Made by a program: the position numbers and the translations under genes. The notes beneath the pieces are model-generated. The model saw nothing but the letters and a program-made list of their open reading frames with translations. It ran no database searches and was not told where the DNA came from. Below, one piece after another: positions 16,465 through 26,156 of a stretch of DNA of 38,912 nucleotides. Every line of letters starts with the position of its first letter. The first letter of the stretch is position 1. This DNA is from an uncultured Gammaproteobacteria bacterium (GTDB lineage Bacteria > Patescibacteriota > Microgenomatia > Curtissbacterales > GWA2-41-24), in assembly GCA_964511055.1 (NCBI GenBank), contig CAZEDQ010000001.1, forward strand, positions 1 to 38,912, read 5' to 3'.

Positions 16465-17838
16465 ATGCCAAGATCCAAAAACATAGCCATTTACGGTCTT
16501 GGCAAGGAAGGGTTTGCCGCTGCCGTATATTTTGCTAAAGAGGATGCGGTCACAGTTATAGAAGACAGGCCCGAAAAAGAAATAGGCCAGGAAACTGTCG
16601 CTAAACTAAAAGGTTTGGGGGTAGAAATCTTCTTTGCCGGTAAACTTCCCAAAAACAGACACTTTGATTTTGTTGTAAGGTCACCGGGTGTCAGGCCTGA
16701 TAATCAAAATCTACAAGACCTGGTCAAAGCAGGTTCGAGATCAACAACCTCAACAGACATTTTTTTTAACCGCTGCCCCGCGCCGGTTATCGGTGTTACC
16801 GGTACCAAAGGCAAAGGTACGACCTCAACTCTAATCTACAGCATACTTAAACTGGCAAAAAAAGACGCGTATCTTGCGGGCAACATCGGCACGCCGATGC
16901 TCGAAATCCTCCCCAAACTTTCCCTCAAAAGCATCGTTGTTTTAGAACTTTCCAGCTTTCAGTTAATGGACCTTAAAAAAAGTCCTCATATAGCTGTTGT
17001 TCTTATGGTTACCTCGGAGCATTTGGATTGGCACAAAGACCAAAGTGAATACCAAAAAGCCAAGCTTCCGATTGTCGCCAACCAAAAGTCCGGCGATTTT
17101 GCCGTTATAAATTACGATTTTCCCGCCTCCGCAAGCTTTGCAAAATACACGAAAGCTAATGTCGTCACTTTTTCAACCTTATCCAACAAGACACAGGTTT
17201 TTGCCTCAAACGGCACGATAATTTCAAAAATGGCAGGTCGTGAGGAAACGGTTATGGAAACAGCCGATGTAAAACTGCCCGGCAAACATAACCTTCAAAA
17301 TATCACAGCTGCCGTCGCAGTTGCTCTTATCATGAAAATTCCAACAGAAGTTATAAAAGATGCGGTCAATTCTTTTTCGGGTTTGCCCCACAGGCTGGAA
17401 CTGGTCGGAAAAATAAACGGTGTTTCCTATTACAACGATTCTTTTTCAACGACTCCCGAAACTTCTATTGCCGCGATCCGGGCTTTTCCCCAACCTAAAA
17501 TATTAATTCTCGGCGGTTCTTCAAAGAAATCCGATTTTACAGACCTTGCAAAAACAATCTCGAGCGAAAAATCGGTGAAGGCAATAATTTTAGTAGGAGA
17601 CGAATCGGAAACCATAAAAGGAGAACTCTCAAAACACAATGTAAATGTTCCGATATTAGATGGTGCGCAAAACATGTACGAGATTATCTCCCAAACTGGT
17701 AAATTCTCAAGTCCCGGCGACGTAGTACTACTTTCACCGGCCTGTGCTTCTTTTGGCATGTTTAAAAATTATATGGATCGCGGAGAGCAGTTTAGAGGTG
17801 AGGTTAAAAAACTAAGGGAGAGCGCAAGTGGAAGTTGA
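16465..17838 (+). CDS. murD: UDP-N-acetylmuramoylalanine--D-glutamate ligase
   Basis: GVTGTKGKGTT, LPHRLE; 457 aa. Confidence 0.9.
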   Translation: MPRSKNIAIYGLGKEGFAAAVYFAKEDAVTVIEDRPEKEIGQETVAKLKGLGVEIFFAGKLPKNRHFDFVVRSPGVRPDNQNLQDLVKAGSRSTTSTDIFFNRCPAPVIGVTGTKGKGTTSTLIYSILKLAKKDAYLAGNIGTPMLEILPKLSLKSIVVLELSSFQLMDLKKSPHIAVVLMVTSEHLDWHKDQSEYQKAKLPIVANQKSGDFAVINYDFPASASFAKYTKANVVTFSTLSNKTQVFASNGTIISKMAGREETVMETADVKLPGKHNLQNITAAVAVALIMKIPTEVIKDAVNSFSGLPHRLELVGKINGVSYYNDSFSTTPETSIAAIRAFPQPKILILGGSSKKSDFTDLAKTISSEKSVKAIILVGDESETIKGELSKHNVNVPILDGAQNMYEIISQTGKFSSPGDVVLLSPACASFGMFKNYMDRGEQFRGEVKKLRESASGS

Positions 17839-18943
17839 AAGAAAAGTTTTAAAGTCCCAAAAAAGCGCAGTCGATTACGGCTTGGTATTAACAACAGCGG
17901 CACTTGTCATAGTCGGTTTAATTGCCATTTATGATGCCTCGGTAGTTGCAGCATTCCAGGACTTCGGTGATAAGTTCCACTACATTAAAAACCAGCTGGT
18001 CTGGGCGACACTTGGCTCCTTCAGCCTTGTTTTTTTCAGTTTTTTTGACTACAACAAATTAATAAAATTTGGCTCCTTTTTCTTGGGTGCGTCAATTGTC
18101 CTTTTATTTCTGGTCTTAATTCCCCACATTGGGACGGAAGCCTTGGGTGCAAGGCGCTGGATCACAATCGGCTCTTTTACATTCCAGCCTTCTGAATTTA
18201 CAAAACTGGCGATTATCTTTTACGCTACGGCAATAATCACAAAATTCCAGCATTACAAAATAAGCTTAAACGACGCCGCCTTAGTTTACTTTCTGCCCAT
18301 TTTAATCGCCTCCGGCCTGGTATTTTTCCAACCTGATTTCGGCACGGTTATTATCTTTTTGTGCCTTGCATTGATAATCTACTTTACAGGCAATGCCCCT
18401 ATATGGCATTTCCTATTGACCCTGCCGGTTTTAGTGTTAGGTTCGCTATTTGTAATAATCACGGAACCATACAGGCTCCAGCGCCTGAAGGCTTTTCTGG
18501 ATCCCGGTTATGATCCGCAGGGTGCTTCGTATCAAATAAACCAAATCATAATTGCCCTTTCCTCAGGGGGACTGCTTGGGGTCGGGCTTGGCGGTTCCAG
18601 AAGTAAATTCGAATTTATACCCGAGGTCCAAAATGACGCAATTTTTGCTGTTGTAGTAGAAGAGCTCGGTTTTATCGGTGCCGTTGTTTTAATTGGCTTG
18701 TTTCTTCTCCTTTTGACAAGGGCCATTAAAATCGCCAAAGAGGCACCGGATTTTAGTGGCAAAATTTTGGCAACCGGCCTGGTTGGCCTTATTGCAGCAC
18801 AAACTTTCCTTAACCTTTCCTCAAATGTAGCCCTTGTCCCTTTAACCGGTATCACCCTTCCTTTCATATCTTACGGCGGCTCCTCTCTGTTTGCTACCAT
18901 GACAGCTATGGGCATTCTTTTAAATATAAAAAGACAATCATGA
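17828..18943 (+). CDS. ftsW: SEDS-family peptidoglycan polymerase FtsW
   Basis: PSEFTKLA, QPDFGT and LPFISYGGSS. GTG start overlapping the murD end. Confidence 0.9.
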   Translation: MEVERKVLKSQKSAVDYGLVLTTAALVIVGLIAIYDASVVAAFQDFGDKFHYIKNQLVWATLGSFSLVFFSFFDYNKLIKFGSFFLGASIVLLFLVLIPHIGTEALGARRWITIGSFTFQPSEFTKLAIIFYATAIITKFQHYKISLNDAALVYFLPILIASGLVFFQPDFGTVIIFLCLALIIYFTGNAPIWHFLLTLPVLVLGSLFVIITEPYRLQRLKAFLDPGYDPQGASYQINQIIIALSSGGLLGVGLGGSRSKFEFIPEVQNDAIFAVVVEELGFIGAVVLIGLFLLLLTRAIKIAKEAPDFSGKILATGLVGLIAAQTFLNLSSNVALVPLTGITLPFISYGGSSLFATMTAMGILLNIKRQS

Positions 18944-20037
18944 AAAAAGTCGCAATTTGCGGAGGCCACTTAACACCGGCATTGGCATTAATAGAAGAAT
19001 TAGAAAAGGAAAAAGATGTTGAGGTCATTTTTTTCGGCCGCAAATATTCTGCGGAAGGCACAAAGATTCCATCCGCAGAATTCAAACTAATAACGGAAAA
19101 AAATATCAAATTTATTCCAATCAATGCAGGCAGGCTTCAGAGAAAATTCACCAGATATTCCGCGCTTGCCCTGGCTAAAACTCCCACTGGATTGGCGCAA
19201 AGCATAGTTGCACTCGCCCGCGAAAAACCGAATGTAGTTGTCTCTTTTGGCGGATATGTATCCCTGCCGGTCGCTTTCTCGGCCTGGCTCTTGCGTATTA
19301 AAAGTATCAGCCATGAACAAAGTGTAATTCCCGGCCTTGCTACAAAAATTAACGCCAAATTTTCAAGCCGAATTTTTCTTTCCTGGCAAAAGACGGCGGA
19401 TTATTTTAAAAATAAAAAAACAACAGTTATCGGCAACCTCACGCGCCGTGATGTATTTTCGAAAAAAGCGGCTTCAGGCGACATCCAGCAGTTTATTGCA
19501 GGGGCCGGTAATTTAATCTTTGCAACAGGCGGCAACCAGGGCTCGCATTTTATAAACAGTCTCATTTCCAAATCCCAAAACAAGCTGAAAGACTACCGGA
19601 TACTGCACCAGGTCGGCATACTAAACTACAAAGGGGACCTGGACATAGCAAAGGAAAAATCAAACAGCGCTTATCTGCCCTTGGCCTATCTTTCCAATTC
19701 GGATTTCGGTGCAGCTATAAATTCTGCCAAGATTGTTATTGCCCGCTCGGGTGCCAATACCGTTTGGGAACTGGCAACTCTTGCAAAAGTTGCCGTTTTA
19801 ATTCCGCTTCCCATATCAGCATCCGGCGAGCAGCTGGCAAACGCTAGGGTTTTGGAGGAAGCAGGTTCGGCAGTCATCCTGAATCAAAGCGAAACTACCC
19901 CCGAAACTCTTCAATCAAAAATCAAATCAATCGAGAAAAACTATAGTAAATACCAAAAATCCGCAGAAATCTTAAGCACTAAAATGCCAAAAGATGCAGC
20001 CGAAAAACTCGCAAAAGCGGTTCTGGGCTATACTTAA
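18940..20037 (+). CDS. murG: UDP-GlcNAc:undecaprenyl-PP-MurNAc-pentapeptide GlcNAc transferase
   Basis: GGNQGSHFIN and ARSGANTVWELA. ATGA overlap with ftsW. The first G-loop is shortened (CGGH). Confidence 0.88.
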   Translation: MKKVAICGGHLTPALALIEELEKEKDVEVIFFGRKYSAEGTKIPSAEFKLITEKNIKFIPINAGRLQRKFTRYSALALAKTPTGLAQSIVALAREKPNVVVSFGGYVSLPVAFSAWLLRIKSISHEQSVIPGLATKINAKFSSRIFLSWQKTADYFKNKKTTVIGNLTRRDVFSKKAASGDIQQFIAGAGNLIFATGGNQGSHFINSLISKSQNKLKDYRILHQVGILNYKGDLDIAKEKSNSAYLPLAYLSNSDFGAAINSAKIVIARSGANTVWELATLAKVAVLIPLPISASGEQLANARVLEEAGSAVILNQSETTPETLQSKIKSIEKNYSKYQKSAEILSTKMPKDAAEKLAKAVLGYT

Positions 20038-20040
20038 AGT

Positions 20041-20709
20041 ATGAAGCGAAGCCTGCTTACGGCAGTCGCGGTTCTTGCCGCTCTTGTCGTCATACCAACA
20101 TACGTACTTACCGTCAAAAATATTCAAATCAATAGTGCCCAGGATTGCCTGGATAAAAAGTTGCAGGAAAGCCAATACCTTGGCAAAAACATACTTTTTT
20201 TGAACACTTCAAAAATAGAAGGTGACCTAAAACAAAAAAACAGCTGCCTTGAAGATGTCACAGTCAGCCGCAGCTTTCCCTCAACGTTACAAATCAGCGC
20301 TAAATCCAAAGTTCCGGTTGCCAAAATCGACGGCACAGACCTTTTGGCAGGAGCAGACGGCCTTGTTATCAAAAAACAACTGACAACAAATATTCCCACA
20401 ATTTATCTCCAAAACCTAAAAGAGGTAAAAGAAAACACAAAGCTAACGGATAAATCCGCGCTTATCGCCCTGGAAATTGCATCCAACCTTCTTAAATCTG
20501 ATTTCACGCCGTCTTCAATCCGCCTTTTAGACAGCGGTGATATCGCAGTCTACAGCACCGGCGGGATAATCGCCCTTTTCACAACCCAAAAGGCAGCAGC
20601 CAGCCAGGTTGACTCTTTACAGTCTATAATGACTAAAGCTAAAATAGATGCGACAAAAATCGAAAAAATAGACCTGCGCTTTGATAAGCCTGTAATTGTT
20701 TTCAAATGA
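20041..20709 (+). CDS. ftsQ: FtsQ-like (POTRA) cell division protein
   Basis: N-terminal TM helix, a POTRA-like segment and a dcw position between murG and ftsA. Sequence similarity was judged by eye only. Confidence 0.65.
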   Translation: MKRSLLTAVAVLAALVVIPTYVLTVKNIQINSAQDCLDKKLQESQYLGKNILFLNTSKIEGDLKQKNSCLEDVTVSRSFPSTLQISAKSKVPVAKIDGTDLLAGADGLVIKKQLTTNIPTIYLQNLKEVKENTKLTDKSALIALEIASNLLKSDFTPSSIRLLDSGDIAVYSTGGIIALFTTQKAAASQVDSLQSIMTKAKIDATKIEKIDLRFDKPVIVFK

Positions 20710-20734
20710 CTTCAATACCAAATAAATTTTCATA

Positions 20735-22012
20735 ATGACGAAAGAAAAAGTAGTTGTTGGAATAGATATAGGATCGACAAAAGTTACAACTATAATTGCC
20801 ACCATCCTTGAGGATTCCCTCCCGAATGTAATAGGTGTCTCCTCAACTCCGGCAAAGGGGCTGAGAAAAGGCCAGGTTGTCGATATCGACGAGGCGGTGG
20901 CTTCAATCACCAATTCGCTGGAATCGGCAGAGAGGATGGCGGGCTATTCTGTCGGCACCGCATTTGTTTCGGTTGACGGCGTCAATATCGAATCCCAAAA
21001 CAGTAAAGGTGTTGTTGCGGTTGCCAATCCCCAGGGGGAGATATCCGAAGAGGATGTCAGCCGGGTTATAGAGGCGGCACGGGCCATATCATTACCGTCC
21101 TCAAGGGAAATACTCCATGTTATCCCTCGTTACTTTACCGTCGATTCCCAGTCCGGCATCAAAGACCCCATCGGTATGAACGGCGTCAGGCTGGAAGTTG
21201 AAACCCACATCATAACGGGTGCGGCAACGGCGCTCAGGAACATTGCCAAATGTGTAAGCCAGGTTGGGGTGGATATAGAAGGTATGGTGTTTTCTGGTCT
21301 TGCCTCGGCCTACTCCACACTCACCGATACCGAAAGGGAACTCGGAGTAATCCTTGTCGACTTCGGCGGCGGCACAACCGACATTTCAATTTTTGTCGAC
21401 GGAGCCCCTGCCCATTGCGCGGTCCTTCCGGTTGGTGCCAGAAACGTTACAAACGACCTGGCTATCGGTATGAGAATTTCTTTAGATAGCGCCGAAAAAA
21501 TTAAACTTGCCCTCTCCCGTCCGCCAAAAATTGCCGTCGAACCCGACGAGCGCGGCGAACCGACCGACAAAAAGGAATCGGACAGCCTTGATGTTGCCGG
21601 CCTATCAATAGAGGAAGATTTAAAGTCCGTTTCCAAAAAAACCCTAACGGACGGTATCATCAAACCCCGACTCAGGGAGATTTTAAATATGGTAAAACTG
21701 GAAATCCAAAAAACCAACCTTGCCGGACTCACCCCTTCGGGCGTTGTCATAACGGGCGGCGGTGCCGCGACATCAAATTTGGTCGAAATTGCCCGCCACG
21801 AACTGCAAATGCCGGTTAGGCTTGGCATGCCCCAAGGGGCCAAAGGTTTAATCGACGAAATTGCCTCCCCCGCGTTCGCGTCAAGCTTAGGGCTGGTGTT
21901 ATACGGTCTTCAATATCAACAGGAGGATATCCGCCTTCCGCTGGTAGGCAGGGTAGAGATCAAAAATATCTTCTCAAAAGGCCTGAGTTTAGTGAAATCA
22001 ATTCTGCCATAG
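20735..22012 (+). CDS. ftsA: cell division protein FtsA
   Basis: Actin-fold motifs VGIDIGSTKV and DFGGGTTDISIF. Confidence 0.92.
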   Translation: MTKEKVVVGIDIGSTKVTTIIATILEDSLPNVIGVSSTPAKGLRKGQVVDIDEAVASITNSLESAERMAGYSVGTAFVSVDGVNIESQNSKGVVAVANPQGEISEEDVSRVIEAARAISLPSSREILHVIPRYFTVDSQSGIKDPIGMNGVRLEVETHIITGAATALRNIAKCVSQVGVDIEGMVFSGLASAYSTLTDTERELGVILVDFGGGTTDISIFVDGAPAHCAVLPVGARNVTNDLAIGMRISLDSAEKIKLALSRPPKIAVEPDERGEPTDKKESDSLDVAGLSIEEDLKSVSKKTLTDGIIKPRLREILNMVKLEIQKTNLAGLTPSGVVITGGGAATSNLVEIARHELQMPVRLGMPQGAKGLIDEIASPAFASSLGLVLYGLQYQQEDIRLPLVGRVEIKNIFSKGLSLVKSILP

Positions 22013-22016
22013 CAAC

Positions 22017-22045
22017 TTGAAAATATTGCCTCTCTGTGTTAAATT
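22017..22045 (+). promoter_or_regulatory. putative ftsZ-proximal promoter TTGAAA-N17-TGtTAAATT
   Basis: -35 at 22017-22022, TG at 22037-22038 and -10 at 22040-22045. The -10 ends 39 nt before the ftsZ ATG. Confidence 0.45.
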
Positions 22046-22084
22046 GTGACAGCTTTTAGTACCTCACTACAAGCCTAGGCAAAA

Positions 22085-23179
22085 ATGCTAATAAAACCCG
22101 ACGTCAATAGGTTTGCCAAAATAAAAGTCCTTGGTATCGGTGGGGGAGGCACTAACGCCTTAAACTCCATGATCACCCAAGCCCAAATCCAGGGTGTCGA
22201 TTTCGTGGCAGTTAATACCGACCAGCAGCATCTTCTTGCATCCCACGCACAAACAAAAGTCCAAATCGGCGACGGCCTCACCAAGGGTCTTGGTGCCGGT
22301 GCGGACCCGACACTCGGCAAAAAAGCAGCCGAAGAGTCGCTTGAGCACATAAAAGAAGTAATAGGTGGAGCCGACATGGTCTTTATTACCTATGGTGCCG
22401 GTGGGGGAACCGGAACAGGAGCCGGTCCCGTTATTGCCGAACTTGCCAAAAAACTTGGGGTTCTAACCGTTGCCGTCGTCACAAAGCCATTTGGTTTTGA
22501 AGGTACCAAAAGGATGGTTGTTGCCGACGAAGGCATCGATATTCTTCGCGAAAAAGTAGATACGTTAATTGTCATTCCAAACCAAAAGCTTTTGGAAGTA
22601 GTTGACAAAAACGTGTCACTTTTAGAAGCATTCAAACTTGCCGACTCTGTCCTTTCGCAAGGAGTTCAGGGAATCTCCGACATCATTGTCATGCCGGGTC
22701 TGATAAACGTCGACTTTGCCGATGTTAAGGCCATAATGTCCAGCGCCGGCTCAACCCTGATGGGTGTCGGTATGGCAACGGGCGAAAACCGCGCATCAAC
22801 AGCAGCCAGACAAGCTATTGCCTCACCGCTTCTGGACGCATCTATAGAAGGTGCCAGAGGATTACTTTTTAATATCACCGGCGGATCAGACATGACCATG
22901 AACGAGGTCGACGAGGCCGCCAAAGTTATAACCGGTCAAGCCGATCCCGACGCCCAGATAATCTTTGGTGCCGCAATTGACGAAAAACTGGTAGACCAGG
23001 TCAAAGTAACCGTTGTTGCAACCGGCTTTGACGAATCCAGAAAGAGTTATATCCAGGTAGCACCAGTCATGAACCAGGACGGCGAAATCACGGAAGCCGG
23101 GACGCACGAATCCGGCCAAGAGCAACCACTAGACGAAGACGAATTCGACATCCCCACGTTTCTCCGTCAAATAAGATAG
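22085..23179 (+). CDS. ftsZ: cell division protein FtsZ
   Basis: Tubulin signature GAGGGTGTGAGPVIAE, GIGGGGTNALN and a C-terminal DIPTFLRQ peptide. Confidence 0.97.
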   Translation: MLIKPDVNRFAKIKVLGIGGGGTNALNSMITQAQIQGVDFVAVNTDQQHLLASHAQTKVQIGDGLTKGLGAGADPTLGKKAAEESLEHIKEVIGGADMVFITYGAGGGTGTGAGPVIAELAKKLGVLTVAVVTKPFGFEGTKRMVVADEGIDILREKVDTLIVIPNQKLLEVVDKNVSLLEAFKLADSVLSQGVQGISDIIVMPGLINVDFADVKAIMSSAGSTLMGVGMATGENRASTAARQAIASPLLDASIEGARGLLFNITGGSDMTMNEVDEAAKVITGQADPDAQIIFGAAIDEKLVDQVKVTVVATGFDESRKSYIQVAPVMNQDGEITEAGTHESGQEQPLDEDEFDIPTFLRQIR

Positions 23180-23181
23180 CA

Positions 23182-24513
23182 ATGTTCGACTATTACGATA
23201 AAGAATATGAATTCAATACACCTTTCAATTGGTTAAGTATTTTTGTTGCAACTATAGCGATTTTAATTTTTGTAACTGTCGATAATAGTGTTATTCGAGC
23301 AATTTCTTTTTCGTTTATATTTTTAGGTGCAGTATTTGACATACTAGTCAATGCTATTATTGGAAATATTTGGAGTAAGAAGTCATTACAAAGCAATGTT
23401 GAAGGAGTTGCAGAACGTTTACCAGCGCTAAAAGAAGTTTCCTGGCTACCCAGGATTGTAGGAATTATTGAACGGTTAATTGCTACATTCGGTTTTATAT
23501 ATGATGTTCGATTTATTGGTGCATGGCTAATATTAAAAGTCATTGGTTCTTGGGGAGAAAAATCGTTAGGTAAAGAAAGGAATGAGGAGAAGGATAAAAT
23601 TACTCTGTGGAGAGTAAGAGAAAATATTTTTCTAATTGGTACAGCATTCTCAATTATCTTGAGTTTCTTGAGCGCAACTGTTTTCAAAAAAATTGCAAGC
23701 GGTGATGTAAAACTAATAAATATTTTTGATAATCTAGCCTTTCTGCACAAAACAACATATACTCAACAATCTTTTTATGTCATGCCATTTGGAACTCTTG
23801 GTGGTATATTGTTGTCTGCTTTTGCAGGAGGCTTATTTGCAGGACTTTGGTCCAACTTTTTTGAATCAAGAAGAAGAATAAAAGAATTGCGTAGGGGCAA
23901 GTATTACGAACATAGAAATACCCTCGTGCAAATTGAGCAAGAATCTATACCAGCGAGATTAAATTTATCTAGAAATTTAAATTCGTTGATCATAGCCAAA
24001 GAGGGCACAAATGCAAATAATTTTCGAATACTTTTAAGAATGTATAAATTACATCTAAGCTCTGGGTTAGGTCTTAAACTCCTGAATGTCGAACTTATTA
24101 ATGATTACGCACAGCTATATACAATCTTTGAGAATATAAACTCCGACATCCAATATCTTGAGGGCGTTGCGAATATCATAACGGAGGATCGTAAACAGGG
24201 TAAAATAGATGTGAGCTTAGTTGCGATGTATCCTGTGTTATTAGAGCAGTTATATAAAATTTGCTTAAGGGCTGACAAAAAATCACTGGACATGCTATCA
24301 AAATGTAAAATTATCTTTAATAAAGACGATAAAAAAATAATTGAGAAATACATAAAAAATGGAGGGCAGATTCATTATTCCATTTCCAGTAAAAGTATTC
24401 TCCAGGAGAATAATAAAACGATAAAAGAAGAAACTCGGCCATTTGGTAAAAATGAAGATAAAGAACAATTTGTAGCCCTTTATTTAGATGTAAAGCCTCC
24501 AGCCCAAGCCTGA
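23182..24513 (+). CDS. hypothetical polytopic membrane protein with a roughly 200-aa helical C-terminal domain
   Basis: The ATG is 2 nt after the ftsZ stop. There are four to five hydrophobic helices in aa 1-230. GC content is markedly lower than in ftsZ. No family recognised. Confidence 0.7.
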   Translation: MFDYYDKEYEFNTPFNWLSIFVATIAILIFVTVDNSVIRAISFSFIFLGAVFDILVNAIIGNIWSKKSLQSNVEGVAERLPALKEVSWLPRIVGIIERLIATFGFIYDVRFIGAWLILKVIGSWGEKSLGKERNEEKDKITLWRVRENIFLIGTAFSIILSFLSATVFKKIASGDVKLINIFDNLAFLHKTTYTQQSFYVMPFGTLGGILLSAFAGGLFAGLWSNFFESRRRIKELRRGKYYEHRNTLVQIEQESIPARLNLSRNLNSLIIAKEGTNANNFRILLRMYKLHLSSGLGLKLLNVELINDYAQLYTIFENINSDIQYLEGVANIITEDRKQGKIDVSLVAMYPVLLEQLYKICLRADKKSLDMLSKCKIIFNKDDKKIIEKYIKNGGQIHYSISSKSILQENNKTIKEETRPFGKNEDKEQFVALYLDVKPPAQA

Positions 24514-24579
24514 TAATAAAAACTTGAACAACCCTAAGAATATCGGCAGCCAAAATTCCCGCGTTTCCCTAACAGTCCA

Positions 24580-24592
24580 TCAATTTCTCCGC
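24580..24592 (+). repeat. left copy of direct repeat TCAATTTCTCCGC (imperfectly extended upstream: TCCC-TAAC)
   Basis: Exact 13-mer shared with 27183-27195. Both copies lie in short intergenic spacers. Confidence 0.5.
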
Positions 24593-24674
24593 CCGCCAAA
24601 AAACGGCAAGTCCCAAGGACGATTGATTGTAAGCAAACTTATGCAAATAACTTAATTTAAGATAAAATCTAAAA

Positions 24675-26156
24675 GTGCTGTTTAACTCCATAAGCTTTCT
24701 GGTTTTTTTCCCGTTTACAACCCTAATTTATTTTTTATTACCACATAAATTCCGTTGGCTTTTTCTTCTTCTCGCTAGTAGTTATTTCTACATACATTTC
24801 GTACCCGTTTATATTCTTGTGCTTATTGTATTAATTTTGCTCGATTACACAATGGCAATCTTAATTAAAAAATATCCTGGCAAAAAGAAACTATTTTTAA
24901 TTTTCAGCTTAATAGGGAACATAGGTTTGCTAGCCTTTTTTAAATATTTTAACTCCGCAAATTTGTATCTCGGGGAACTCTTTAGGGGATTAGGGTATAG
25001 TTACCAATTTTCATCAATTACACTGTTGTTACCACTCGGCTTGTCATTCCATACCTTTCAATCGATGAGCTATATAATCGAGGTTTATAAAGGAAGGCAA
25101 AAAGTGCAAAAGGATATAGGAATTTATTCCCTATACGTTATGTTTTATCCGCAACTGGTGTCCGGCCCGATTGAGCGTCCCCAAAACCTCATGCACCAGT
25201 TTTTCACAAAGCACCAATTTAAATATTACAGAATCGTTTATGGTTTACGGTTGATGCTGTGGGGATTATTTAAAAAAATAGTAATTGCCGACAATTTGGC
25301 AGCATTTGTGAATAACGTATACCAGTACCCAAGAGCTTATTCCGGTGAGGTCTTAATATTGGCCACCCTGTTTTTTTCTATCCAGATCTACTGCGACTTT
25401 TCGGGTTACAGCGATATAGCAATCGGTGCTGCAAAAGTTCTTGGTTTTAAACTAACTAAAAATTTTGATAATCCCTATTTTGCTACCTCGATAGAAAAAT
25501 TTTGGCGCAGATGGCATATTTCCCTTACTAGCTGGTTTAGGGATTACGTGTATATTCCTTTAGGTGGTAGTAGAAATAAAGAGTCACGGACATACATAAA
25601 CTTGTTAATAGTTTTTTTAATAAGTGGGGCATGGCACGGCTCGGGAGCGACATTTTTAATATGGGGTTTTCTTCACGGAACAGCCTTGGTTCTGCACAGG
25701 GTCTTCGTTAAAAATAAAAGACAAATTTTAAAATTATTTCCTTTTGGAAAATCGATTTTTCGCAGGAGGTTTTCTATAATAATTACATTTTCCTATGTAA
25801 CTTTTGCCTGGATATTTTTTAGAGCCAGCAACCTGCAGGATGCATTATATATAAGCGGAACGGTGTTTATGTATCCGGTTGTATTAATATATAATCTTAC
25901 TCAAGCTGGATTCAGTGAAATTGCCAATGTTACATACAAATCAACAATTAATTTCACTACAACCAACTTTTTAGTTGCCTTATTTTTCAGTTTATTAATA
26001 TGGTACTTGCATTTTTTCGGAAAAATAAAAAACTTCGTATCGCTTACTTCCAAAAAGCATAAACTGTTAAGGTGGGCTGTATACTCTTTATTAGTCCTGT
26101 CAATTTTAAATTTTGGCCAAAGAAATGAAACGCCATTTATCTATTTTCAGTTTTAA
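24675..26156 (+). CDS. MBOAT-family membrane O-acyltransferase (AlgI/DltB/PatA-like)
   Basis: The GTG start gives the conserved MLFNS N-terminus. It is polytopic, has the FWRRWHISL motif and a conserved His region (GAWHGSGATFLIWGFLHG). Confidence 0.88.
   Translation: MLFNSISFLVFFPFTTLIYFLLPHKFRWLFLLLASSYFYIHFVPVYILVLIVLILLDYTMAILIKKYPGKKKLFLIFSLIGNIGLLAFFKYFNSANLYLGELFRGLGYSYQFSSITLLLPLGLSFHTFQSMSYIIEVYKGRQKVQKDIGIYSLYVMFYPQLVSGPIERPQNLMHQFFTKHQFKYYRIVYGLRLMLWGLFKKIVIADNLAAFVNNVYQYPRAYSGEVLILATLFFSIQIYCDFSGYSDIAIGAAKVLGFKLTKNFDNPYFATSIEKFWRRWHISLTSWFRDYVYIPLGGSRNKESRTYINLLIVFLISGAWHGSGATFLIWGFLHGTALVLHRVFVKNKRQILKLFPFGKSIFRRRFSIIITFSYVTFAWIFFRASNLQDALYISGTVFMYPVVLIYNLTQAGFSEIANVTYKSTINFTTTNFLVALFFSLLIWYLHFFGKIKNFVSLTSKKHKLLRWAVYSLLVLSILNFGQRNETPFIYFQF

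Noticed and set aside
21310-21843. 177-aa minus-strand ORF inside ftsA.
   Set aside because: It is antisense to a motif-verified FtsA coding region. Its Pro/Ser-rich translation is characteristic of the reverse frame of a GC-richer gene.
23193-23750. 185-aa minus-strand ORF overlapping the start of the 443-aa gene.
   Set aside because: The plus-strand frame gives regular TM helices over a much longer ORF and abuts ftsZ. Long antisense ORFs arise easily in AT-rich sequence. It is not formally excluded.
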